A stretch of 64,000 bases of DNA from Gemmatimonadota bacterium (GCA_038128265.1 JAYPJE010000007.1:1-64000), one strand, 5' to 3'. Counted from the stretch's first letter, positions 28,460 through 39,325 are shown. Notes: generated by a model not told the origin, from the letters alone. Translations and numbers: made by a program.

Positions 28460-29620
28460 TCAGTCAATGCGCTTGTAGTCACCGCTCTTGTCCCAATGAG
28501 GCCGCGAGCGCCCGTTGGGGTCCCAGACGATGCGGCCCGAGCGCAGGGTGAGCTGACAGTCGAGCAATTGACCGCCATCGTGGCGTGCCCCGCCTGAATC
28601 GACAAAGCCGAAGGAGCCCTCGCGCAGTTCAAACGCGGCAATATCGGCTCCGGCGCCTGCGGTTATATGGCCGAGCTCGGGGCGGCGAATCACTTTGGCG
28701 GCTTTGTGCGTGGAGCGGTAAATCACCTCCTGTAGAGGCATACCCATGGCCAGGAACTTCGACATGGTGACGGGCATGGTCGCATTGGGGCGCATGCGGC
28801 TGCTCTTGTGCAGGTCTGTGCTAATGGTGTCCGGTGGGAAGCCCTGCTGCATGGCGGGTACCGCAATGCGAAACCAGAACGAGCCGCCGCCGTGGCCCGT
28901 ATCGAAAATGATGCCGCGCTTGCGCGCCGCCAGCACGTAGTCGTTGACAACCTTGTCGTCGTCGAGCAGGGGAATGTGCGAAGCATAGAGGTGGGTGTGG
29001 ATATCGCCGGGGCTCATGCGCTCGAGCAGCTCCTCGTACGAGCGCGTGGGGCGCGGGGCAAAGTCGATCATGGCGATGGAGTCGCTCAGGCGGGCGGCCT
29101 CGATGGCACCACCCGCTGACTCCCAGCCCGGTCCGCCGAAATGGGCGGACTTCGAACCGACGACGTGTTCGCGATACTGCTTGATGGTGGCGGCACAGGG
29201 AATGGGATCCATCTCGCTGGTATCCTGCTCCGGGGGGCCCGTCATACCAGCGCCCACGATATTGATGAAGGCCAACACGCGCGTGGTCGAGCGGTCGATG
29301 ATGGACGATTTAAAATCGGCGAAATCTTTCCAGCCGGCCCCACCCGTGTCGACCACGGTCGTCACGCCGTTCGTCAGCGAATGCTGGTCGGGAAAGAGCC
29401 AGCCGTCGTAGCCGCCGTAGACGTGCACGTGAATATCGATCAGCCCCGGCGTGACGTAGAGACCGCTCACGTCGACCTCCTTTGTTGCGCTGCCCTCCAA
29501 CTGCGGCGATACGGCGGCGACGAGGCCGTCTTTTACGGCGATATCGGCGGGGCCGTCGATATTGTTCCTGGGGTCAATGACGTGCCCACCGCGCAGCAGA
29601 ACATCGTATGTTTCGCTCAT
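28460..29620 (-). CDS. Amidohydrolase/deacetylase (dihydroorotase-like) metallohydrolase
   Basis: GGHVIDP, PGLIDIHVH, GVTTVVDTG, GDIHTH, DTGHGGGSF, ISTDLH. Confidence 0.88.
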   Translation of the reverse strand: MSETYDVLLRGGHVIDPRNNIDGPADIAVKDGLVAAVSPQLEGSATKEVDVSGLYVTPGLIDIHVHVYGGYDGWLFPDQHSLTNGVTTVVDTGGAGWKDFADFKSSIIDRSTTRVLAFINIVGAGMTGPPEQDTSEMDPIPCAATIKQYREHVVGSKSAHFGGPGWESAGGAIEAARLSDSIAMIDFAPRPTRSYEELLERMSPGDIHTHLYASHIPLLDDDKVVNDYVLAARKRGIIFDTGHGGGSFWFRIAVPAMQQGFPPDTISTDLHKSSRMRPNATMPVTMSKFLAMGMPLQEVIYRSTHKAAKVIRRPELGHITAGAGADIAAFELREGSFGFVDSGGARHDGGQLLDCQLTLRSGRIVWDPNGRSRPHWDKSGDYKRID

Positions 29621-29780
29621 GGCCGATCCTTTCATCAAGTTGGAATGCCGCTACCGGTGGCTGCCGGTGGGCGGCGCGGGCAGCGTGTTGCCCACTAGGG
29701 AATTATTGAGCAAATTGTAGATACTTGAAACCTGTTCATTTAGAGCATGTACTGCAATTTCCAGCAAGGAGAATAAACAA

Positions 29781-30770
29781 ATGGCTCGCACTGTGAAAGT
29801 GGCTGTGACCGGTGCCGCAGGGCAGATAGGATATGCGCTGTTGCCGCGTCTGGCATCGGGCGCTGTATTCGGTCCCGACGTGCGCGTTTCGCTGCACCTT
29901 TTGGAAATCACGCCCGCGCTCAAAGCGCTTGAGGGGGTGGTTATGGAGTTGGACGATTGTGCCTTTCCACTGCTTGACGATATCGTCATTACGGATGATG
30001 CCGACAAGGCATTTGACGGCATCAACTGGGGGCTGTTGGTGGGGTCTAAGCCGCGCGGCAAGGGTATGGAACGCGGCGATTTAATTCGCGAAAACGGCCC
30101 CATCTTTGTCGGGCAGGGCAAGGCGCTGGCGCGCGCGGCATCGGACGTGCGCGTGTTGGTTGTGGGTAACCCGGCCAACACCAACTGTCTGATCGCCATG
30201 CACAATGCCGCGCAAGGCGGAGTGCCGAAAGAGCGCTTTCACGCCATGACGCGCTTAGATCAGAATCGGGCCCAGGCGCAGTTGGCCAAGAAGGCGGGTG
30301 TCAAAGTGGCCGAGGTGACCAATATGGCTATCTGGGGCAATCACAGCGCGACCCAATATCCCGACGCGGAGAATGCGCGCATTGGCGGGCGTCCGGTGAC
30401 CGAGGTGATCGGTCACGTGTCGTGGCTACAGGAGGACTTCATAAAGATCGTGCAGCAGCGCGGCGCGGCGGTGATCGAAGCGCGCGGCCTGTCGTCGGCC
30501 GCTTCGGCTGCCAACGCGGCGCTCGACCACGTTATGAGCATGGAGCATGCCACGCCAGAGGGCGACTTCTTTTCGGCCGCCATTGCCTCCGATGGCAGCT
30601 ATGGCGTGGAAGAGGGGTTGATGTTCTCCTTTCCCGTGCGCAGCGACGGGCAGGGAAATTGGAGCATTGTAGAGGGACTCCCGCTGAGCGGCTTTGCGCG
30701 CGAGAAAATTGCCGCCACCGAGGCAGAACTCAAAGAAGAGCGGGCCGTCATAGCCGATTTGCTCTCGTAA
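29781..30770 (+). CDS. mdh: Malate dehydrogenase (type 2)
   Basis: [49 protein letters not shown]. Confidence 0.96.
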   Translation: MARTVKVAVTGAAGQIGYALLPRLASGAVFGPDVRVSLHLLEITPALKALEGVVMELDDCAFPLLDDIVITDDADKAFDGINWGLLVGSKPRGKGMERGDLIRENGPIFVGQGKALARAASDVRVLVVGNPANTNCLIAMHNAAQGGVPKERFHAMTRLDQNRAQAQLAKKAGVKVAEVTNMAIWGNHSATQYPDAENARIGGRPVTEVIGHVSWLQEDFIKIVQQRGAAVIEARGLSSAASAANAALDHVMSMEHATPEGDFFSAAIASDGSYGVEEGLMFSFPVRSDGQGNWSIVEGLPLSGFAREKIAATEAELKEERAVIADLLS

Positions 30771-31541
30771 TTGTCCCCTTCTGAACCGCAGTGGGACGCG
30801 TGTCTGTACGACGAGCATCACGGCTACGTAGCTCGTCTGGGCCGCGATTTACTCGAATTGCTGTCCCCCCAGGTCGGGGAATCCATCCTCGACCTGGGGT
30901 GTGGCACAGGCGATTTGACCGTGCGGCTAGCGGATGCTGGATCGCGGGTATTGGGGGTCGACGCCTCGGCCGAAATGGTCGCTGCGGCCCGTGCCAAGTA
31001 TCCCCGCCAGACCTTCGAGCAGGCCGACGCGTGTGCGCTTGATCAGGCGCTGTCCGACGATCGGTTTGACGCCGTTTTTTCCAATGCCGTTTTACACTGG
31101 ATTCGCCAGCCCGAACTGGCGCTGCGCCAGATAGCCGCCCGACTGAAAGAGGGGGGGCGCTTGGTATTGGAAATGGGGGGTGCGCGCAATATTGCAGCTA
31201 TACGCTCTGGGCTGCTCGAAGCGCGCCGCCGACTGGCGCTGCCCGATGTAGAATCTCCCTGGTATTTTCCCACGTTGGGCGAGTACAGTGCGCTTGTTGA
31301 AGGGAGTGGCCTGCGCGTCGGGGCGGCGTGGCACTTTGCCCGTCCGACGCCAATGGCGGGCGAAGGGGGGCTGCGCAACTGGTTACTCATGTTTGCCAAC
31401 GCGTACCTCGACGAGGTGGATTCGCCCATCAGAGAAAAGCTGATTGAGGCCGTCGAAGTCGGCACGCGTGCAGCGCTCTATCGCGACGGCCAGTGGTGGA
31501 TCGACTACTGGCGCCTGCGCATCGTTGCCTACAGAGACTGA
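30771..31541 (+). CDS. Class I SAM-dependent methyltransferase (Tam-like)
   Basis: ILDLGCGTG, FDAVFSNAVLHW. Confidence 0.87.
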   Translation: MSPSEPQWDACLYDEHHGYVARLGRDLLELLSPQVGESILDLGCGTGDLTVRLADAGSRVLGVDASAEMVAAARAKYPRQTFEQADACALDQALSDDRFDAVFSNAVLHWIRQPELALRQIAARLKEGGRLVLEMGGARNIAAIRSGLLEARRRLALPDVESPWYFPTLGEYSALVEGSGLRVGAAWHFARPTPMAGEGGLRNWLLMFANAYLDEVDSPIREKLIEAVEVGTRAALYRDGQWWIDYWRLRIVAYRD

Positions 31542-31547
31542 GGTCGC

Positions 31548-32312
31548 ATGGAAGCGTATCGGGCGCAGTTCTACGACGCATACTTTACTGGGGTGGAAGG
31601 AGAGGTCGACTTTTACGTTGACGAGGCGGCTGATGTGGGCGGTCCCGTGCTCGAGTTGGGCTGCGGCACAGGACGCGTATTATTGCCCATTGCCCGCAGT
31701 GGCGTTGAGGTAGTCGGGCTCGATCGATCGCCGCAACTGCTCGCCGTGCTGAGAGAAAAGTTGGGTGGCGAAGAGGAGACAACCGCCGGTAGGGTGCGTC
31801 TCGTCGAGGCGGATATGGTCGACTTTTCCCTCGAGCAAACGGTGGCGGCAGCCTTTATCCCCTATCGCTCTTTTCAGCACCTATTGGATCGGCAAGACCA
31901 GGAGCGCGCGCTGCACGCTATAGGGCAGCACCTCGAAGAAGGGGGACGGCTGGTCTTTAATACGTACGACCCACTGGGCGATATTGCGCGCGAAGGGCTT
32001 GCCTCTCCGATGCGCAAAGACCTCGACTTTTTCGACGAGCGCACAGGGCGTGCAGTGGTCGTCTATTACAGCCGACAGGTTGATCCCCAGGTGCAGATCA
32101 TAGAGCAGGAACTCCTCTTTGAGGAATTCGACGAAGAGGGTGTTTCGTTTGGACGCTGGCTGAGCGTGTTGCAGCTGCGCTGGACCCCGCAGGGAGAAAT
32201 GGCGCATTTGTTGGAGCGCTGCGGTTTCCATGTAGATGCACTATACGGCGATTTTGAGGGGGCACCCTATCCGGGGTACGGGGAGCAGGTATGGGTAGCC
32301 AGCCGCGCGTAA
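31548..32312 (+). CDS. Class I SAM-dependent methyltransferase
   Basis: VLELGCGTGR, GLDRS, ADM, LYGDF. Confidence 0.87.
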   Translation: MEAYRAQFYDAYFTGVEGEVDFYVDEAADVGGPVLELGCGTGRVLLPIARSGVEVVGLDRSPQLLAVLREKLGGEEETTAGRVRLVEADMVDFSLEQTVAAAFIPYRSFQHLLDRQDQERALHAIGQHLEEGGRLVFNTYDPLGDIAREGLASPMRKDLDFFDERTGRAVVVYYSRQVDPQVQIIEQELLFEEFDEEGVSFGRWLSVLQLRWTPQGEMAHLLERCGFHVDALYGDFEGAPYPGYGEQVWVASRA

Positions 32313-32971
32313 CGGCCTATCGGCATCTGGTCTGGGATTGGAACGGTACGCTCATGGACGACGTGCAGCTATGCTTGGAGATTACCAACCTGCTGCTGGC
32401 TCGTCGCGCGCTACCCCCAATGGATACCGTTCGCTATCGCGACGTATTCGGCTTTCCCCTGCGCGACTACTGCCAGCGAATCGGGTTTGATCTGTGCCGC
32501 GATTCCTATGAGGCAATCAGCGATGAATTTGCCGAGATATATGAGCAGCGGCGCTACGAGTGTCCGCTGCAAAAAGGAGCCGCTGCGCTCCTGGCAGAAC
32601 GCGCCCGGTTAGGAGTCGACCACTCGTTGCTCTCGGCCTATGGTCAGGAGAGACTGGAAGAGATTGTGCATTTCTACGGGTTGGACTCCTTTTTTTCTGC
32701 TGTGGTTGGATTGGACAACGACTATGGCGAAGGCAAGGTCGAGCGCGGCCGACGGCGTATGGAAGAAATGAGTTGGGATGCAGCCGCTGTGCTCTACGTC
32801 GGAGATACGCTCCACGATGCCGAAGTGGCGCGGGCCATGGGGGTCGACTGCCTGCTCATAGCGCACGGTCATCAGAGTCGCGTCAGGCTGCAGGATGCCG
32901 GTTACCCCGTGGTAGACGATTTGGGCGACGTAGAGCCATTTTTGGCAGGTAATTTTGATCCCCGTTCGTGA
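32291..32971 (+). CDS. HAD-family hydrolase (phosphoglycolate phosphatase-like)
   Basis: WDWNGTL motif I, LLSA, GK, YVGDTLHD. Confidence 0.85.
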   Translation: MGSQPRVTAYRHLVWDWNGTLMDDVQLCLEITNLLLARRALPPMDTVRYRDVFGFPLRDYCQRIGFDLCRDSYEAISDEFAEIYEQRRYECPLQKGAAALLAERARLGVDHSLLSAYGQERLEEIVHFYGLDSFFSAVVGLDNDYGEGKVERGRRRMEEMSWDAAAVLYVGDTLHDAEVARAMGVDCLLIAHGHQSRVRLQDAGYPVVDDLGDVEPFLAGNFDPRS

Positions 32972-34160
32972 AGAGTCACTAAGGGCTTGGTGTGAAGTGC
33001 GGGGAGATGCGCTGCGCGCCAATGTGGCGACGCTGCGCTCGCGGCTGGCTCCTGAGGCCTTGTTGGGTGTCGTGGTCAAAAGCGATGCCTATGGACATGG
33101 CCTCGTTCTATGCGCTCGCGAATTTATCGCCGCTGGGGCCGATTGGCTGATAGTGAACTCGCTCGCAGAGGCCGTGCGTCTGCGCCGAGCAGGTTTGACG
33201 GCTCCGGTCTATATCTGCGCACAGGTCGCCCCTTTTGAGGCATCCATCGCCGTTGAGAGCGGGGCGCGCGTCGTGCTCTGCGATCGGGACAGTGCGCGCG
33301 CGTTGGCCGCTGCTGCCCACCAGCACGGCACCGTGTTGTCCTGTCATATAAAGCTGGAAACGGGGACCCACCGGCAGGGGATCGCCCCGGAAGACCTGCT
33401 GGAATACGCCCGGTGGGTCGAAGGGTTAGAGGGCTTGAAAATCGAGGGGCTGACGACGCACTTTGCCGATATTGAAGACACGGCTGACCGCGGATTCGCC
33501 CAAGAGCAGATGCGTATTCTGTCGGCTGCAGCCGAAACGCTGCGCGCGGGGGGCTTGGATATACCCATGGTTCACGCGGCCAATTCGGCGGCTGCGCTGC
33601 TGTGGCCTGAAACGCACGGCAGCCTGGTGCGTGTGGGCATTGCCGCCTACGGATTATGGCCCTCCGATACGCTGCGCGAAGTAGCCGAGGAGCGCCTTCC
33701 ATTGCCGCCCCGGCTCTGCCCGGCACTCAGTTGGAAAGCGCGCATCGCTCAGGTAAAAACTGTTCCAGAGGGGGGCACGATTGGCTATGGCCGCACCTTT
33801 CGCGCCCCAAAGCCGATGCGCATTGGCATTGTGCCGGTTGGCTATTACGAGGGCTACGATCGTCGCATGTCGAACCGAGGTCACGTGCTCATAGACGGCG
33901 CGCGTGCCCCCGTGCGCGGTCGCGTCTGTATGAATATGTTTATGATTGACCTGGCCGACGCGCCAGAGGCGCAGCCCGGGCAGGTAGTGACGCTGCTGGG
34001 ATCAGAGGGGGAGGAAGAGGTCGGCGCCGATCGATGGGCTTCGTGGATGGACAGCATACACTACGAAGCCGTGAGTCGCATTCACCCCGAGCAGCCGCGC
34101 TTGCTGCGCGCAGAAGACGGACTGCTCTATTTAGCAGAGGATGCAAAAGCATATGAGTGA
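32955..34160 (+). CDS. alr: Alanine racemase
   Basis: VVKSDAYGHG, HIKLETGTHRQG, THFA, HAANS, IGYG, GRVCMN. Confidence 0.93.
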   Translation: MIPVREESLRAWCEVRGDALRANVATLRSRLAPEALLGVVVKSDAYGHGLVLCAREFIAAGADWLIVNSLAEAVRLRRAGLTAPVYICAQVAPFEASIAVESGARVVLCDRDSARALAAAAHQHGTVLSCHIKLETGTHRQGIAPEDLLEYARWVEGLEGLKIEGLTTHFADIEDTADRGFAQEQMRILSAAAETLRAGGLDIPMVHAANSAAALLWPETHGSLVRVGIAAYGLWPSDTLREVAEERLPLPPRLCPALSWKARIAQVKTVPEGGTIGYGRTFRAPKPMRIGIVPVGYYEGYDRRMSNRGHVLIDGARAPVRGRVCMNMFMIDLADAPEAQPGQVVTLLGSEGEEEVGADRWASWMDSIHYEAVSRIHPEQPRLLRAEDGLLYLAEDAKAYE

Positions 34161-35052
34161 GACTTGGCGCGGTATTATGCCCATCGTGGCCACGCCCTTT
34201 ACGCGCACGTATGAGTTGGATGAAGCGGGGCTGCGCAAACTGGTGCGCTTCTGCATTGAAGCCGGTGCGACCGGTTTGGTCGGTCCGGCCAATGCCAGCG
34301 AGTTTTCGACGCTTTCCGACGACGAGCGCCGGCGCTGGATCGAAATCGTCGTCGGCGAAGCGGGTGGCCAGGTGCCGGTTATCGCTGCGGTGACTTCGGG
34401 GCACGCGCTGCCAGCCGTGGCCCTGTCCTGCTTTGCCCAGCGCGTGGGGGCAGGAGGCATTATGTCGATGCCGCCGCACGTACTGCATCCCGATGCCGGT
34501 GGCTGCTATGCCTTTTACGATGCTCTAAGCTCGGCGGTTGATATGCCAATTTGCGTGCAGAATTTCAATCTGCCCATCGGCACGCCGATGAGCGCCGAGC
34601 TGTTGGCGCGCATGTGTGTTGAGTTGGATGGCGTTCAGTACATAAAGGAGGAGACCGCGCCTGAGCCGCGCCAAATAAGCCGCACACTGGAAGCGGCGAA
34701 GACGGGTTGCCGCGGCGTTCTGGGTGGACAGGGAGGGATCTACATCATCGACGAATTCCGCCGTGGGGCCTGCGGCAATATGCCGGGGTGTCATACTACG
34801 GATGTATTGGTGGATCTATGGACCAGGCTAGAAGGCGACGACGAGCAGGGAGCCAGAACGCTCTTTAACCAACTGCTGCCGCTTATGAACTACGAACGGC
34901 TTTACGGCGTGGCCGTTTACAAGCTGATACTGCACCGGCGCGGTTTAATTGATACGCCCCTGCGCCGCGCCCCTGGGGGAGATCTCGACGCCTACGATAT
35001 GGCCGAGTTGGACAGCGTGCTGGCCGGCGTCGAACCGCTTTTCCGCCTGTAG
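34153..35052 (+). CDS. DapA/class I aldolase family protein
   Basis: GIMPIVATPF, ANASEFSTLSDDER, YIKEE (Schiff-base Lys). Lacks GTTGE, so probably catabolic rather than DHDPS. Confidence 0.82.
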   Translation: MSETWRGIMPIVATPFTRTYELDEAGLRKLVRFCIEAGATGLVGPANASEFSTLSDDERRRWIEIVVGEAGGQVPVIAAVTSGHALPAVALSCFAQRVGAGGIMSMPPHVLHPDAGGCYAFYDALSSAVDMPICVQNFNLPIGTPMSAELLARMCVELDGVQYIKEETAPEPRQISRTLEAAKTGCRGVLGGQGGIYIIDEFRRGACGNMPGCHTTDVLVDLWTRLEGDDEQGARTLFNQLLPLMNYERLYGVAVYKLILHRRGLIDTPLRRAPGGDLDAYDMAELDSVLAGVEPLFRL

Positions 35053-35058
35053 GATTCC

Positions 35059-35904
35059 TTGGTTATAGAATCGGCTATAGGTGCGATAGCGCGCGATGGG
35101 TTTTGCCTAGTCGAGGGCGTGCTACCGGGGGATGAACTGCCGGAGATCCGCCGTCAGGTAGTCGCCGCGCAGGCTGCTCACAGTGCCCAGTCCGAAGCGC
35201 AAAAGCAGGCTACGCGCGCGCGCGGTCACCGAGTCGGAGCGCGCGGTGTTGGCAGTATGCGCCAGATTATAAATGCCACGCAGGCGTTCGCCCCCTATTT
35301 AGCCGATCCCCGCATACTCGATATTGTCAAAGCCTGCTTTGGGTCTTGGCCGCGCATTTCCTGCACCGATTGCGTAATAAACGAGCCGGGCAATGAACGC
35401 GGCTATTGGCACGCCGACTGGCCCTATAACGGGACCAACGCATCGCATGTGGCCGCACCCTATCCATACGTGCTTATGCACCTGTCGACCATTTGGATGC
35501 TGAGCGATTTTACCCAGGACAACGGCGCGACCTGGATTTTGCCAGGCAGCCACCGTCAGAGAGAGAACCCTTCGGCCGGCACGATGATCGGCGTCGACTG
35601 CGATCGGCCGCTGCCCGGGCAAATGCAGGTAGAAGGCCAGGCCGGCAGCGTGCTCCTTTACGACAGTCGACTGTGGCACGCGGTGGCGGCCAATACCAGC
35701 GAGTCTAGCCGCGTGGCGCTCCTAGTGCGCTATGCTCCTTGGTGGCTCAACCTGAATCCCGCGCATCCGGGCACGCCGGAATACCAGATGATGGTGGAAG
35801 AGACCGGGGGAAAGAACTACGAAGTCCCTCCGCTACGCCGCGAGGTCTTCGATGCCTTGCCGCCCGCCGTGCAGGTGCTCTACCGACACTGGGTTCACCC
35901 TTAG
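35059..35904 (+). CDS. Phytanoyl-CoA dioxygenase (PhyH) family Fe(II)/2OG enzyme
   Basis: WHADW, NGATWILPGSH, AGSVLLYDSRLWH, N-x5-R. Confidence 0.87.
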   Translation: MVIESAIGAIARDGFCLVEGVLPGDELPEIRRQVVAAQAAHSAQSEAQKQATRARGHRVGARGVGSMRQIINATQAFAPYLADPRILDIVKACFGSWPRISCTDCVINEPGNERGYWHADWPYNGTNASHVAAPYPYVLMHLSTIWMLSDFTQDNGATWILPGSHRQRENPSAGTMIGVDCDRPLPGQMQVEGQAGSVLLYDSRLWHAVAANTSESSRVALLVRYAPWWLNLNPAHPGTPEYQMMVEETGGKNYEVPPLRREVFDALPPAVQVLYRHWVHP

Positions 35905-35917
35905 CGAAAGGCCTGCC

Positions 35918-37423
35918 GTGCAGCGCGCTCCCAATATCCTCTACGTGATGACCGACCAGCAGCGCTTCGATACCATCGCCGCGCTGGGAAACGAGCATAT
36001 TTACACGCCGAATTACGATCGCCTCGTTCGCCGGGGCCTGGCCTTTACCAATGCCTATTCGACCTGTCCAGTGTGCGTGGCGGCGCGCTATACGATTCGC
36101 ACGGGCTGCGAACCGCTGACTACGCGCGTTTTTTCCAACGGGATGGATGATCCGGCGCCTGGGCAGGCGGCCACGATGGCCGAGCGCTGCGGTCCCTATC
36201 TGGCGCAGGAGATGGCGGCGAGAGGGTATCGCACATTTGGCATAGGCAAGTTTCACACTAACCCGTGGGATGAGGCGCTCGGCTACCAGTCGCACCTGCG
36301 CAGCGAAGAGCTATACGGCAGTCCCGAGCGCCGACGCGGCGATGCTTATGCACGGTTTATCGCTGAGCGTTACCCGGCGTATGATTTTATCGAGGGGCTG
36401 ATGGGGGAGCGAACGGAAATGTACTACATGCCGCAAATGAGTCCTATGCCGGCCGAGTGCACGGTTGAGGCATGGGCGGCCGATCGCGCGGTCGAGCGCA
36501 TACGCCTCGACGACGGCCGCCCTTTTTTTGGCTTCGTCTCTTTTATCGGGCCCCATCCGCCGCTGGCCCCGCCCATTCCCTTTAATCGCATGTACGATCC
36601 CGATCGCATGCCCAATCCGGTGCGCGGTCTTGCCGAATCGGACCATATGGACGAGCAAATTCCCTGGATGAACTACGCCATTTGGGCCGAAGATATAAAC
36701 GACGCGCACGCACGCGTACTAAAGGCGCGCTACTACGGTGAGATAAGCTATATCGATCAGTGTTTGGGGCGCATCCTCGATGCGGTAGAGGCGCGCGCCG
36801 ATGCCGATAATACCCTCATCTGTTTTTTTGCCGATCACGGCGACCATATGGGCGACCACGGCGCCTGGCAAAAGGAGAGCTTCTTTGACGCATCGTGCCG
36901 CATACCATTCATGCTCAGCTGGCCTTCGCAGTTACCCGCAGATGGGCGGCGCGAGGAGTTGGTCTGTCTGACCGATCTCTTTGCCATTGCAACGGGTGCC
37001 AGTGGAAAGGTGCAGACGCGCGATGGGTGTGACGTGCTGGGCGCGCTAGGGGGGGATGCGCCCGCGCGCAGCGCGCTCTTTGGCTACTACGGTTCTCCGG
37101 GTACACCGCGGTTTAAAGTTATGGTGCGAGAAGGGGATTGGAAGTATATCTTCCTGGCCAACGGCGGGCGCCAACAGCTTTTTAACCTGCGCGAAGATCC
37201 GGGCGAAAGGGACGAATGCGCGCAACGACACAGCGAAAAGCGGGCACGCTTGCACAGCCTGGCCGTGGGCGCACTCGACTGCGATGCCGGTCGCGCTGCG
37301 CTAGATGACGGCGATCTACGCGCCTTTCAATTCGAGGCTCGACCGCTGGAGCGCATCTACCAATTCGATCGCTCGCGCGGGGTGGTCGGATTCCCCGAGC
37401 ATCCAGAGGATGCTCTAAACTAG
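35918..37423 (+). CDS. Cys-type sulfatase (choline-sulfatase-like), no signal peptide
   Basis: PNILYVMTDQQR, CVAARYTIRTG, GKFH, PHPP, ADHG, WQK. Confidence 0.9.
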   Translation: MQRAPNILYVMTDQQRFDTIAALGNEHIYTPNYDRLVRRGLAFTNAYSTCPVCVAARYTIRTGCEPLTTRVFSNGMDDPAPGQAATMAERCGPYLAQEMAARGYRTFGIGKFHTNPWDEALGYQSHLRSEELYGSPERRRGDAYARFIAERYPAYDFIEGLMGERTEMYYMPQMSPMPAECTVEAWAADRAVERIRLDDGRPFFGFVSFIGPHPPLAPPIPFNRMYDPDRMPNPVRGLAESDHMDEQIPWMNYAIWAEDINDAHARVLKARYYGEISYIDQCLGRILDAVEARADADNTLICFFADHGDHMGDHGAWQKESFFDASCRIPFMLSWPSQLPADGRREELVCLTDLFAIATGASGKVQTRDGCDVLGALGGDAPARSALFGYYGSPGTPRFKVMVREGDWKYIFLANGGRQQLFNLREDPGERDECAQRHSEKRARLHSLAVGALDCDAGRAALDDGDLRAFQFEARPLERIYQFDRSRGVVGFPEHPEDALN

Positions 37424-37445
37424 CGATCCACAGCGAGGGCGCTGT

Positions 37446-38684
37446 TTACAAATGCGTTTGCCCGGCCGAATGGAGGGCGCGCGCGCTGACGCCCAGGACC
37501 CCGAGGAAGCCTTCGGAATCGCGGTGGTCAAAGTCGCCAACGGCTTCCATGGAGGCCGTGTCTTCGCTGTAGAGCGAGTGGGGCGCATCGTCGGCCGCGT
37601 GGAAAGCCACCTGCCCTTTATACAGCGACACGGAGATGGTGCCGGTGGCTAGCGCGTTGAGGTGTTCGACAAATTTCCAGCAGGCCTGCGTCGCCGTATC
37701 AAACCAATATCCCTGATAGACCTGCTCGGCGATATAGTCGCTGATCGGGGCAAACACGCGCCGTGCGCGGCGGTCGAGCACGAGCTGTAGCAGGTACTCA
37801 TAGCACTGCCCAAGCAGTTCGAGGGCCGGCGCTTCGTAGATGCCGCGCGATTTGATCCCCACAAAGCGATTTTCCACGGCGTGTAGGCCGATGCCGACGC
37901 CGTTGCGTCCGCCAATGGCGTTGCTCAGGGTAATTGCCTCCAGCGGCGTGACGGCCTTGCCGTTGATGGCGATCGGCTGTCCCCTTTCAAAGCGCACCGT
38001 AAAGCGTTCCGCTTCGTCGGGAGCGTCTGCGGCAAAAACGCCCATTCCGGGTGTGACGCGGCTGGTTGGCGTGTGCAGATCTTCCAATTCGCCGGCCTCG
38101 TGCGTCAGGCCGAGTATGTTGGCGTCGGTCGAGTAGGGCTTGTCGTGCGTGGCAGTTATGGGGAGACCGTGTGCCTGGCAGTAGTCGATCATTTCCTTGC
38201 GGCCGCCGAACACCTCGAGAAAGTGGCTGTCGCGCCAGGGGGCATAGACGGCAATGTGCGGATCGAGCATCTGCGTGGCCAGCTGAAAGCGCACCTGATC
38301 GTTGCCCCGTCCGGTGGCGCCGTGCCCGAGGATGCGAATGCCGCGCTCCTGCATCAGCGGCACCATATCGGCGACTACGATGTGGCGGGCAAGGCCCGTC
38401 GTATTCCAGTAGCCCCCCTCATAGCGCGCCTGTGCCTGCACCAGCTGAATGCCGGCCTGGCTTATGGCGTCTTTCAAATCGCCGATGAGCATCTCGCCAG
38501 CGCCGCAGGCCAGCATGCGCGTGCGCACGTCTTCGATATCGGTCTCGTCGGGCTGCCCCAGGTCCGCCGTATAGGCGATTACTTCGACTCCCCGCTGACT
38601 CAGCCAGTGGGTGATGGTGCAGCTATCGAGTCCGCCGGAGACGGCCATCATGATTTTCTGTCCCTTGAGATCGGCGACGTTCAT
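37446..38684 (-). CDS. argG: Argininosuccinate synthase
   Basis: AVSGGLDS, HGATGRGNDQVRF, PYSTDAN, ENRFVGIKSRGIYEAP. Confidence 0.95.
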   Translation of the reverse strand: MNVADLKGQKIMMAVSGGLDSCTITHWLSQRGVEVIAYTADLGQPDETDIEDVRTRMLACGAGEMLIGDLKDAISQAGIQLVQAQARYEGGYWNTTGLARHIVVADMVPLMQERGIRILGHGATGRGNDQVRFQLATQMLDPHIAVYAPWRDSHFLEVFGGRKEMIDYCQAHGLPITATHDKPYSTDANILGLTHEAGELEDLHTPTSRVTPGMGVFAADAPDEAERFTVRFERGQPIAINGKAVTPLEAITLSNAIGGRNGVGIGLHAVENRFVGIKSRGIYEAPALELLGQCYEYLLQLVLDRRARRVFAPISDYIAEQVYQGYWFDTATQACWKFVEHLNALATGTISVSLYKGQVAFHAADDAPHSLYSEDTASMEAVGDFDHRDSEGFLGVLGVSARALHSAGQTHL

Positions 38685-38847
38685 TGCGCTAACTCCTGAA
38701 GGTTGCGATGTATTTTCGATGTGAGAAGGACTTCAACTACAAAAACGCAGCTGGTGCGAGATGGACCTGAATTACCGCTAGGCCTGGAGAAAAGTCAAGG
38801 TTGCGGTTAAGGTGGAGTTGGGTGCTGGTAGGACGGGGGAAAGGGGC

Positions 38848-39117
38848 TTAATGCAGGCCCTCTTCAAAGCTATTTAGCACGCTGCGTAGGCGCTCCATAT
38901 CCTGCGCTGGCACCGCGGTCAGGCGTCGTCTGGGGCGCACTTTGAGCCAGAGTTCGCGCCAGAGAGACGAATCGGAGTGCAGGGGCACGGTTTGTGGCTG
39001 TTCGCCTTCGGCGCGTTTGGCGCGGCGCAGTGCGCCCAGCAGAAAGTAGGCTAGGGCGCCCAAGATATCTAGGACAATGACGATCTGTAACAGGTGGGTG
39101 AGAAATTGATCCATCAT
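38848..39117 (-). CDS. Hypothetical small membrane protein
   Basis: N-terminal hydrophobic helix and amphipathic C-terminus. Fills an otherwise empty gap. Confidence 0.55.
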   Translation of the reverse strand: MMDQFLTHLLQIVIVLDILGALAYFLLGALRRAKRAEGEQPQTVPLHSDSSLWRELWLKVRPRRRLTAVPAQDMERLRSVLNSFEEGLH

Positions 39118-39214
39118 GTGCGCTTCTTGCCTAGGATAAGGAGTGTGTGGCAGCCCTTAATATAGTAAAACTTGATACAAAGTCATACTTTATATCGGCG
39201 GGCCGGTCAATTCC

Positions 39215-39243
39215 TTGACAGTTTTATGGGGGAGCGGTATCAT
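39215..39243 (+). promoter_or_regulatory. Sigma-70-type promoter
   Basis: TTGACA-17 bp-TATCAT in a divergent intergenic region. Confidence 0.65.
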
Positions 39244-39325
39244 AGGAAAACACTGTGAGCGAAATGGAACGGGTGTTTTATCGCTCGCTTTTTTTTTGTA
39301 AATCACAGTATAATAGGGGGCTTAT

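Noticed and set aside
28306..28641. 111-aa minus-strand ORF, and the idea that the AT-rich tract is oriC
   Set aside because: The ORF overlaps the amidohydrolase in another frame and ends in low-complexity AT sequence. No DnaA boxes (TTATCCACA-like) or dnaA/dnaN were seen.
38685..38847. Riboswitch or ARG box upstream of argG
   Set aside because: No recognisable aptamer or palindromic operator. Only a TTGACT with a poor -10.
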